Shown here piece after piece: positions 23,467 through 34,619 of a stretch of DNA of 64,000 nucleotides. The DNA comes from Lytechinus pictus (Eukaryota): NCBI RefSeq assembly GCF_037042905.1, contig NC_087245.1, forward strand, positions 14,820,001-14,884,000, read 5' to 3'. The notes under the pieces are model-generated. The model was not told the DNA's origin and searched no databases. It was given only the letters and a program-made list of their open reading frames with translations. Numbering within the stretch: position 1 is the first letter of the stretch; every line of letters starts with the position of its first letter. A program made the position numbers and the translations under genes.

Positions 23467-25425
23467 CTGCAATCATCAGATAGAGAAAAAAAGAACAAAA
23501 AAATCTTTATTGACAATAACGAACAAAGATGATAAAGATTGAAGGATAAAGATTATATAATGTTTATTTGTCATTGAAATCTTTCCATTCCTTGATGGAT
23601 AAGTGCCCTGAATGGTGTCAAATTCTGCATGAAAGGTGACTATAATCACTTTAAATGACAACTGATGCTACTGGCCACAATTCTACAGTGTCACAGCTTT
23701 TGACTGAACATTACACATTTTACATTTAAATCCTACGATATCAACCAATTCAATATACATGTACCTGTTGGTTTTTAAATCCCCCTAAAACTTCCGGAAG
23801 GGATTATGAAGGATTTAGAGCAGTGTTGTAAAGCTGAATCTCCACCCAAATAAACTGAATATGTTTTTTATTACACTGATGAGGCATGAAATCTTTTCCT
23901 TTTACCCGTTCACAAAACAGGATCGATTAGCGACCATAAAAACTAAAAAGGTCGTTTTGCCTCAACAGTAGATCTTATGACTTTCTTGCAGGCAGCCACT
24001 AAAATGCATGCTAGCTTGTAATTAAAAACATGAAGGCATGTCCCAATAAAAATAATCAATTAGTACTCAATTCATGGTTTCAATAATTGATCATCTTTCT
24101 TGTGAGGCATGCATCATACATATACACTAATCATGTACAATTTAAGCATAATATGAAATACATTGTAAACCACACATGTGCATTATTGGCAAGCAATAAT
24201 GTCTCAAATAGATACAGCAGTCTAATTGGAAAGTCCCTTACACCAGTATTGCTTGCGATGGAAGTCTTCAGATACAATCTTAGGCAACATTTATTACATT
24301 ACAAATATGTGTAGCAGGATACATGTAAGCATACAGTGAATTTCCATTTCAGGGAAATTATTTTTTTCTGAAATATTTTCAGATCATGTCAAGAGGCTTA
24401 CGTTTACAAATAAACACATTTAAAAAGAAAGATAACAAAACATGAAAAAAGACAGGTACATGTACTTTAATAATGAAAATGTATGTGCTGAAAATGATCC
24501 ACACTTTTCCTTTCAGGGATACAAAGAACACCTGCAAACCTTTACCCACATACTCATACACAATACAGTAGGCACTGATCACACAATGAAAATAGAGGCT
24601 TATCTCACACAAATTACCAAAAGTAGGCCATAAATTCAAAATAAAGACTACATAATTGATCAATCAAGTCATAAATACCAAATGCTATTGGCATGTCTTT
24701 TGGGTTATCTTTATCTGATAATGGGGTAAATGGGATTTCACCAAGGAAATGGCCCCCCATTTGATATGCGGTGGGTAGTCTATCGATCTTCTTGATGGGT
24801 TAAATTACATTTCTTATATTACACACCCCAGCATAAAAAATAGGTCTCAAAATCTACATAGAAAGAAAAATAATTTGTGGCTATATGGAACTAGATAACA
24901 TTGTTATTAACATACATTCTAGTTTAAGCTCCCCCGTATCCTTATAATGTAAAAAGCACTAGAACTTTAATAGATATAAAGGAGATCTTCCATAGTCATT
25001 TAATTTAAGAGAACAAAATGAAAAAAAAATCATTCATTTTTTAAATGCACACATCCTACCAAGTAGCGATTGTGATATGGTTGAGTCAAGTCAGAATCTT
25101 TTCTATTCAGATTTTGATGGCATATCAACCAATCAGAATCCAGTGTTAAGAGAAAAATAACATTCTGATGACACCTGAGAATTTCTAATTCAGAACACTT
25201 AAATAACACAAGAATAAGAGAACTAAAGATAATTATCACGAGGATACAATGTGTTGTTTTATTTACCAATTATAGCCACTTGTTAATAAACTTCTTCCAG
25301 CAGGCCCTTGCATAACATAAAGTATGCTGAGTGCCTTGCTTGAAGACAGAAGGTCTCATTTTGTTAAATCTTTGGAGTGACTCGGCTGGGATTGAACCCA
25401 AGACCTCCTATTAATGAGGTCTCAT

Positions 25426-26023
25426 GGCCCTGTTGCATAAAAGTTACCATTATGGCAGCGCGCGACACTAACCCACTGGTCCGACGGTCCCAGACCAGTA
25501 AAAATTGCTGTCGGGCCAGTCACTTTTCAGAAAAAGCCAGATTTACTGGTCGGACATGACCAGTAAGATTATATCTAACTGATACAAAGTATATTTTCTT
25601 CTCTATTGTAAATTATAAAAATGGCTCTAGCATATCTGAAAATGGCTCTCATGAATTATAAATGCGTGTACTGTTTGTTTGTTGTTGTTCTTTTTTTTTG
25701 GGGGGGGGGTAACAATAAGCAATAAAAGACAGCAAAATAAACTTGAAGTCTTTTTTATATTTTTCTTTATTTTGGGGGACCAGTAAATTTCAGGTTTGGT
25801 CCAGTAACATATTGAAAAACTGGGTATGTACTGATCTGACATGATCAGGTCGCACCAGTAGAAAAAAGGGTTAGTGTGGAGCCCTGCATTATGGAAACTT
25901 TGCCATGCAAAGGTAACTTGCATGGAATCCTTGATTTTCATAAGCTGTTGATCAGCATTACCATGGTGTAGTTACCAATGGATGGCAAAGGTACTATAAG
26001 ATTAATTTTAATGTGACGGGGAC
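25426..26023. mobile_element. Decayed Harbinger-like MITE hosting a nested hAT-like MITE
   Basis: GGCCCTGTTGCATAAAA ... TTTTAATGTGACGGGGACC termini. The sequence reads through once the insert is removed. Confidence 0.55.
25456..25886. mobile_element. hAT-like MITE with a perfect 8-bp TSD
   Basis: CATTATGG|CAGCGCGCGACACTAACCC ... GGGTTAGTGTGGAGCCCTG|CATTATGG. Subterminal ACCAGTA repeats. Confidence 0.88.
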
Positions 26024-26187
26024 CTGATCAAGAGGAACATTGGCTAAATTAGCACTTATTATTGTTTCCGTAGCTCTGTAGACCTATATACAGTATAGAG
26101 TTTTATTCCACAGGTAGTTTCATCCCTCAAACATGAAAAACAAACTTTAAACGGCCAACAAAATTATGAATTATTCTCAATACTCAC

Positions 26188-26196
26188 CACAACCAT
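26188..26196 (-). CDS. SNTG1: Candidate start-codon exon of the syntrophin gene (MVV)
   Basis: aataaaATG GTT GTG|gtgagta. Good initiation context and a strong phase-0 donor compatible with the 23466 acceptor. Confidence 0.5.
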
Positions 26197-27650
26197 TTTA
26201 TTATTGTTTGCAGGAGATACAATCCTAAAGACCTGTTTAAGATGTCACAAATTATTTCAACGTGAATGAAAAGTCAAACTTGATTCCTGCCCAAATTCTG
26301 CTATTTCCTTCATTATTCAAAATTACAAGGCACCAACAGAGAACACTTCCCTGCCCCAAGTATCAATCACTGTATAAATCCAGTCTTGTTTTAAAGAAGT
26401 GATTCAGCTGAGCGAACATCAGCAAGAAAACCCTAAACAAATACTTAACATCCACTTCACGAAACCAAAGGTGGTATTGTGGACATTGTCAGATGAAGAA
26501 TATAAATGAAGGACCTCGATCCTATCTACATTCCTTACTAAGGCCTAGGCAACGTTTACATAATCAAGCCCCAAAAGACCTTCCGTCATAGAATATGTTT
26601 CATTCTCTCTTCAGGTAAAGATGCTCTTTCGTCCTTCAGTAGGTGAAAGGGATGGACAAAAGGCATAACTACTTAAAAAGAATATCCACATTGGACACAA
26701 AAAATAAAAGAAAAAAACCTACCAATTTTTACATGCTTGGTGAGTCGAATAACAACAATAACAGAGGTGATTTGGATTTCTAGATTTCCTAAAGATACCC
26801 CATCTAAAGACAAATTTTAGAGTGCTAAAAGTGATACCATGACATTTGCTCAAAATCTAATTTCTCCTCTGGAAATCTGCACCCCCCCCCCCTTAACCTA
26901 AGACCTAACCATAAACAAGGAAATGTTAGTGATATAAATGATACATACCCTATGTAACCCTAATCTATTCCTTATAATATTCTGAAGAATATAAAACCTA
27001 TCACAATTCTATTAACTCTAACATTATCATTTGCATCTTTCTGAGAATTTATTAGAGTTAAGAGATAGAGTAAATATTACATTGTAATGTAAGTTACTGT
27101 TAAATTTACTTGACTCCGGGCCCATTAAAGAAATAATAAAGAATAATAATGATTGTTCTTTAGTCACCTTTCCTGATGTTCTTTGAGTCTTGCTTTTCTC
27201 CCTCATTGCACCACTGAATACTTGACTGTAATTATTCCATCTATGATACTTGATCTCAAGCACTATGACATTTGATATTTTCTCTTGTAGAGAGGCGACA
27301 TAGAACACTAATGATTACTAACTGATGCTGGATTGAAATGAATATGTGCATACGAAATGTGAAATATTGAAACAGCATTGAAGAGTGCAGTTTTAAGAGT
27401 CCTTGACAGGCATGTTACTTGGAACTTGAGAAATAAGAAAGTCATTTGTCAATTCTGTCTCTTTTTTTTTGGGGGGGGGGGGTCCTATCACCAAAATAAA
27501 TTGATGGTTCTTTTCATCCACCATTCCATGCATGGCATTTCCATTTGAAAATGCCATTATTCAGATATCTTTTGCAACAGAATGGTGAATAATTTATAAT
27601 ATTTTTTTTTTAATGTATGGAACTTAACAGATATCGTGGACCGAGTCCAG

Positions 27651-27912
27651 GGGCCCGTCTTACGAAGAGTTGCGATTGATCTGACCAATCGCAACTATGG
27701 AAAGCCAGCAAAGTCAATGCATGTTTGTTCAAAAGATTTTCTAGATATGAATGTATATCCATGAATTCATTGATTTCTTGACAATTTGGTGTGTTCTCCT
27801 TTATTTACAAAGGACATTTTGCAAATTTCCTGTAGAAAAAAATATGGCACTGATGGATTTCCATAGAGTTACGATTGATTGGATCAATCGTAACTCTTAT
27901 TAAGACGGGGCC
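27651..27912. mobile_element. PIF/Harbinger-like MITE with CAG TSD
   Basis: CAG|GGGCCCGTCTTACGAAGAGTTGCGATTGATC ... GATCAATCGTAACTCTTATTAAGACGGGGCC|CAG. Possibly related decayed copies near 13550-13662, 18223-18338 and 23020-23161. Confidence 0.85.
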
Positions 27913-28328
27913 CAGACTAAACACTGACTCAACACAAAGTATAAACACAGCCTCTGTGAAAAGGAGAGAGGTGGGGGGGGGGGGTTGAGGGGCTGTTGAA
28001 ATTGTTACACAATAGGGAGGGTAATAGAAGAGAAAGAAAGAGAAAGAGGCCTGTACATGTACCCCCATCACATTTAGAGCCTTTTGACCAGCAAAAAAAT
28101 TTGGCCTGGACTGAGAGGTGATACTGGTTCGACCAAGGTCAGCATAACCCCAGATTGGAAAGGGTACAGAGCTTTTGGTCAATTCTCAAGGTCACACATG
28201 CGTGCCTGTGAGTGTGTACATGTATTTGTGACAAAAGTTTGTAACTTGTTACAACCACTTTTGGCGAGCCCAAATCTTGGTAATGCAGATGACTTTCGTA
28301 CTTCACAAAATTTGCACTGACCACTTAA

Positions 28329-28713
28329 GGGCCGTCTGCACCAGCCCGAGTTTTCAAATTAGCGTGCTATTTCTGATCCGGCAAATTATCCTGATCTGAA
28401 CAATCTCTAGATTATTTGTAATGGAGATGAAATAATTGCGCTAGTTCGCTGGATTAATTTCGAGATTGCAATCCCAAGTCAACTTCGGATTATTTGCAAA
28501 ATAGCGCGCTATTTTATGAATAAAGCAGGTGCAGACGCACTCAGGATTATTTATTCACGGTGTCAGACCAGAATGCATCGATGCCTTGCTCGAGCACTAA
28601 TCGCTCTTCTTGCGATGGTTGAGACGGTGTTTCTTGAATCTCGAGATTAATCGCTAAGAGATCTTATCAGGCTAAAATCTAACGATCGAGCAAACTCGGG
28701 CTGGTGCAGCACC
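28329..28713. mobile_element. CpG-rich MITE
   Basis: TIR CTGCACCAGCCCGAGTTT / AAACTCGGGCTGGTGCAG. Confidence 0.75.
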
Positions 28714-29461
28714 TTCTTTTGAGCTGGATGAGAAAGAAATATATATACATCCATGCCCCATCATAATCTTCACTAATCTTGTCAATTAATTTACCAACCC
28801 CCAATCTTACAATGAAAAGATCTTTGCCCAATTCAAGACATCGATCGCTCCTCTCATAAAAGATCCCTTTATGTGCACTTTCTATTTAGCCAGCATTATT
28901 CTTCTGTCAACAATACTCTTTAAATAGTTGCTATTGTAAATTTAGTGAATTCATATACTTCTTTATTGTTAGATCAAGGATATTTAGATGATAGTAGGAG
29001 GTAATTATAGGCAGAGCTCACCTTTTAAAAGGTATCTACTATACATTCCATGTTTTTAGTATGAGCTTCATGAAATTCTATTATTTATTAGACTGTGATA
29101 CAGATATTTATTTGACCAGTAATTTATATTACAACCTTTTTTCTACTGACAACAAAATAATCCTGTGTGTCACTGTCAACCAGTACCTTCAAATTTTATT
29201 TGAATTTATGCAATTAGCTCCATTGATGAATACTTCATTCAAGTGGGTAGATATGCGTATGATTGCCTAATATACATTTCATATTTTCATTTCTCTGCAT
29301 ATATCATCTCCTTATTCTATCACTGCTTCTCCTAAATTAAAAAAAAGTTTGATGTAATGATTTTCCTTGTTCATGTATTAACAGTACATCAATGCAAGCT
29401 ACAATCAGAGACAAATTCAAGAACATACGAGAGTATGGGGGTACATTTTCCCCTTCCAATA

Positions 29462-29465
<4 letters not shown>

Positions 29466-29493
<28 letters not shown>
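29466..29493. repeat. (TA)n microsatellite
   Basis: Direct reading. Confidence 0.9.
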
Positions 29494-29736
29494 CCAGTAT
29501 ACATGAATGCATGCACATATGAAAATGTACAATGTAGCTAAGTATGTTGCCAAATTCATGTATAAACAGAAAGATGAATATTGAGGGTAACCCCACTCTG
29601 AAACAAGAAGACAAAGTAACTTTATAGCCTGTATGCTCAAGTGGCAGTAATCATTGCATTCTCCTGCCCATTGCTACATTACATCAACATATCATGTTGA
29701 AATCTGAATTGCTCCAGATCTTTGCGATACAATATG

Positions 29737-29754
29737 AGGTTGCCATGGCAACCT
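29737..29754. promoter_or_regulatory. Perfect palindromic RFX X-box
   Basis: AGGTTGCCATGGCAACCT contains the consensus GTTGCCATGGCAAC. Confidence 0.55.
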
Positions 29755-30467
29755 ACCATTGTTAGTCTTGGTACGAATTCAGGCATCAGATTGCCAATCG
29801 ATGCTAAGAGAAATCGGAAGCGAAGTATGCCCTGGGTCGTAAGCTCATACACTTGCTCCATAATCAGTGACATTATGAAAAGCTTGGCTCATAAAAATGC
29901 ACCTTGCTCTAATGTGCAATATGAATTAAACTAATCCTCATGAAAACATGGTTCATATAGCACCAAGGTATGGAATAATTTCTGACTTCATATTCAAATA
30001 TATTACAAAAGTCTCTTAGGGGCACTTTGCCAGAACTTAAAATAAAATCTTATATTACAACCTTTTTTTTTTCTATTCACAAAAAAATCATGGACCAGTT
30101 CTTTCGATTTCAATTTTAACATGCAATAAGTACTCATGATGAGCTCGGTTTACTTCAATCCCTTGCAAACATACACCCTGTACTATACAAATGCATCTTT
30201 TTGAACATCTACAGTATAGTATTATTTAATTCTCCCTCCCATTCCCAAGAAAAATCCTGCTTATAACTGCCTTTATAAATTTCATCTATATTAAAATTTT
30301 AATTTCTCTTCAATCATCTTATTCTATCACTGTTTCCCCATTGACTTTAACTGAAAAAAAAAGCATAAAGTCCTTCGCATACACGTAAAAATCAAAATTG
30401 TCAAAATTAAAACACTATCTCCAATTATCAAAATATCAATTGAGCTGAAATTTGAAACACAAACACA

Positions 30468-30761
30468 GTATTCCATACTCAGGTTTAACTTTAATAGACC
30501 TTGGTCTGAGTCTGTGCTAAAATTATGGAAGCCAAAAATGTCAAAACTTTCCTTACATTGTATGTTTGTTATCTTTAATTGGTTCTTTCTTAACTCTTCG
30601 AAGGTGAATAAAGCTATTTATCCTTCCGAAACAGTTGAGAATGATTTGAGAAAAAAATTAGTTGATAATTTAAGTTTCACTGTAAAGATTTATGCCACTA
30701 GTGACTATTGGCTATCCATAATTAAACCACAACTTTAAAACCTGACTTTAGAATACGGGCT
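30468..30761. mobile_element. Decayed copy of the MITE at 62106-62419
   Basis: Shares TCAGGTTTAACTTT..AGACC..GGTCT and TTAAACCACAACTTTAAA...GAATACGGGC. Confidence 0.75.
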
Positions 30762-30843
30762 CAAGACATAACAATTCTGAGGAAAAGAACTGTTCTGATC
30801 TGTTTGGAAACCCAAGAGGGAACCTATATTTCTTAAACCTTAC

Positions 30844-31062
30844 CCCATGTGTGTGCCACAGAGGCTGTCTTGGCTCTTGTCTCACGATAGGCAAATCTCT
30901 GCTGAGGCGAAGGACGTATGGCTCCAGTCCAACCGACAGAATCAAATTGTCAAACCAAAGCGTCATTGGCAATGGGGCGGGCACTTCGTCCGAATTGCGA
31001 AAGATTTTGTGGCGGCGGCGTCTCTGCTTTTTACGGATCCAAAGAAGCTCGCCGATTCTCAT
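30844..31062 (-). CDS. Candidate alternative first coding exon of the syntrophin gene (73 aa, MRIGELLW...LWHTHG)
   Basis: ATG-initiated open frame in a CpG-rich patch, ending at a phase-0 donor GGG|gtaagg. X-box and E-box immediately upstream. Confidence 0.5.
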
Positions 31063-31119
31063 CCTTTTGTTTTTAACCTAGCGCTCTGGTCACTCACGCT
31101 TGGAATTGATCAGGGAGCA

Positions 31120-31200
31120 TATTTCCGGTTAGTACATGTCATGTGACCACTTCTTGTAATATTGCTATGGAAACGCTGAATTCCTGATGTGGAACCTCTG
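31120..31200 (-). promoter_or_regulatory. Candidate promoter upstream of the 31062 ATG
   Basis: GTCATGTGAC E-box (31138-31147) and X-box-like GTTTCCATAGCAAT (minus strand, 31161-31174) next to a CpG-rich segment. Confidence 0.4.
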
Positions 31201-34200
31201 CTATAAGTCATCATGATGATGCAATGAATCCATATAATATGTCACTTCCATCAAAATATGCAACAATTCAGAAAAATATGGTTTCAAATAGAGTGTTTCC
31301 TAAAGTAAAAACACATACCATATGCAATGATCAATTCTTCCAAGAAGCTTCTTTTTGAAGTTCCTTGATTCTTCACGATGGCTATCAGTCAGTTTGGGAT
31401 AAAGCTATTGTAAACAGGAAAGAATGCATCAAAAGCCCATCTGAGTGTCATTTCCACATTGGGAGTCATACATGATGTTCTGAAGCAGTCTCCATGCCAA
31501 TTACCAGATAAACAAGATATACCTCGAGTGGGGAAAACTTAAGGCTAAATAATTTCCTCAGCTAGTCTCCAAAAGTAAATTTGATTGTTATTCCTTCATA
31601 TCAAATCAAAAGAGCTGGTCTCAAAGAATAATTGGTCAGGTAGTTAAAGCGTTGTAAATGCATAGTGTGAATGTGTGAACATGAGTAACACTCAATAACT
31701 TAGATTTAAAAAATTGTTTTACTATCAATAGAACCTCATTCAATATCGCTGCCGAAAAGGATTCTTCAATTCAGAGAGAAGCACTTTAAAATAAAAAGCA
31801 AACAACTTTCACAGATATGCTATCAGTATTGTGGTTCCTCAATGCAAAGACATACTCCAGGGTACATTTCTGGATCACCCGTGACGAGACCGGATAGAAC
31901 GAAGGCTCTTAGAAATTTGGGAAAACAAAAAGAGCATCTCAAATTTACGAAATTGACCTGTCATCAGATGGGGACAACAAGACAAAGCAACTGACCGAAG
32001 AAGACGTATCACATGACCAAAGCCTCTTGACAGTCCGATGGCTGGATAATAACATTAGGGTTGGAAGTGTCAGGTAACATGGGATGTAATGACCACCTAT
32101 GGTAAGGGAAATAGATTTCTTTGAATAGCGTCAAGGGATGAAGAAGGGGGCAATGATACAGTATTGTCATAATGTCAGAAACTTACGGGTACAGGAAAAG
32201 GTCTGGGGGCCATTCCACAAAGATTTAAGTGTGACTTACATGTAGATTCAGATTTGCATGCTGCATTACAGCATTGGTCAGATCATGGTCAAGGGGCATG
32301 CCTACAACACAACGATCAATATTCATATTTTTTACATTCTAAAACTCTGCCATTATTTGTCTCTACGGGACCATTTCAACAACTCTTGTCTTCTGACAAC
32401 TTTCCATGATTTTAATTGACTGAGAAGCACAGTTCCTACATGTATGGTATCTGTCAGATAAAACAAGATCTTTATGAAATGCCCCCCCAACAGTTGAACA
32501 AGAGAAAATAGGCCCTGTCACACAATGCCACCTGACTAAACTGTCTGAGAAACAAGTACAAACATTTATTTGACTTTTTGAGTTTGTTCTTCAGCTGGTT
32601 CATAGACACATCAAGTCATCGACACACTTGGATTTTTGTGTGTGTCTTTAATATTGAGAATATTCAAAGAGACTTTACTACCATCTGATGAACATCCTAA
32701 GATGGAAGTAGACAGTACTTTAAGCCGGCTGCATGTGACAGGGCCTGATCTATATTAGAAGGCTGTTAGACAAAACAATCTAGCTGATATCAACACAGGC
32801 TTATCAAGCGACGAAAGACGGGTATCCAGGGACCAACGGCATGGGCATGGCAGGCATAATATGGGATGGTGGTGTATGAATCAGCATGAAGATGAAATAT
32901 TGTTGAGCATTTTGAGGAAGCAGGAAGATCTGAGCCCATGGAGAGGCTGAACAAGCAGTTAGAGAGAACATGATATGAAAAACATAGAGAGAGGGAGGAG
33001 ACAGAGGGAGAGAGAGAGAGAGAGACATAAAAAGAGAGAGACTGACAGAGAAGAAGAGGAAAACTACTGCTACCCTGGTGAAGGTAATACTAACAGCGCC
33101 CGAGGGGAGGGACGGAGATGTAGGAGACTAGAACAACCCATCCAGTGATATCCCAGCGAGAGGGGGAAAAATGATTGATCAAAGTGGTAATCTGGACCAG
33201 AGAATAGATCAATGCATGTATAGCATTGAATATCTTCCTTACCAAGCCACTTCAGTGTTGATTTCCACTAAGTTTGGCTACCGGTGTGAATAATATATCT
33301 AATCATTGACTTGAGATATGTTTATGCTCTTGAAACATTTTAAAGAAAAGGGATTTCAGCAATGCATCTTCTCCCTCATTTTTTTCTGTCAAGAGCGCTG
33401 ATTATAAATTCATAAACAGTTGCATGTAGTTGCTATTTACATGCAACTGATAATTCACTTATACTGTTAACATCCAGAAATATTGCGCAACATTGGTTCT
33501 CAAAGTAGCTCAGTAGACCAGCGTTACATGAGCATATACAAAATTATAAGGGGAAAAGCATGTATGAAAATAATTAACAAGACCAGTTTTCATAACAAGT
33601 CAACACTTTTAATGTGTCTTCATAAGGACGGAGTCCCATCAACCATTTGAACAGTTCCCAAAAGTTTGGATCTTGTGCATGCATTCAGTAACGTTCATGT
33701 TGAGAATCCTCAGACAAGTTTTTGAGGTTATGTATAAATATGTATGTGATTATAGCAAACAGTCTATTAATCTGCCCCCTTACTCCCTTTTCTTCACTAC
33801 CATTTTTTCTCCCCTCCCCATCTTCTCTTCCCCCTTCTCCAACTACATTATATTTCTTCCATTCTATCTCCCTCTCTTTATCCACCTTCTCTTTTTCTAT
33901 GTCTTTTACTCTGTCTGTTTTTCCCTCATTCTCCACCTCTCCCCCATTTATCCCCACTCATTTCCAGTCACTCTCGATTAATTGAAATGTCCTAAATTGC
34001 TCCTTTTTATCTCTCTTTTGTTTTCCCCCTTTTCTCCTATTTACCTTCCCTCATCTAACCTAATCCAACTTCCCATCCAGAACCTCTGCATAACAAACAC
34101 TCTCTCTTTCCGACTCTCCTTCTATTCATTTGAATTCAATAGGCTTCCCAATCTCATAAAGTGGTCTCTGCAATTGAAAATGGAAATTAAAACACAAACA

Positions 34201-34287
34201 ATTACAGTCAAGGTTGCCAGACAGAAAAGGCCAGAGAAAGGACTCTTTCCAGTTACGATGTTGACCGAGTCAACTAAAAGGCAAGCG

Positions 34288-34619
34288 CAGACCTGCCAAC
34301 CTCTGGGAATGAAAAATTGTATTATGTGAAGAAAAAAAAAACTGTATTTTTCCCCAAAAAAGTGTATTTCATAATAAAATGTGTGGCGCACTCGCTCATC
34401 GCGGCGCTCAAGCTGCAAACCCATTGAAACATGTGTATATCTCACCCTGGTTTTAACAAAATGATTGAGAAAAAAACAAGTTACCTGAAATTACATTGAT
34501 CTAATAACCATATTTGTGATTGTTTACAAAAACATATTTTTAAAAGAAAAAACGTACTGCCCTATTTTGGTTGTAAAAACGTAGTAAATACGCCAAAAAC
34601 GTACTGGTTGGCAGGTCTG
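34288..34619. mobile_element. Non-autonomous DNA transposon with TSD
   Basis: TIR CAGACCTGCCAACC / GGTTGGCAGGTCTG, flanked by CAAGCG on both sides (or 8-bp GCAAGCGC if the termini are taken 1 nt inward). Confidence 0.85.
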
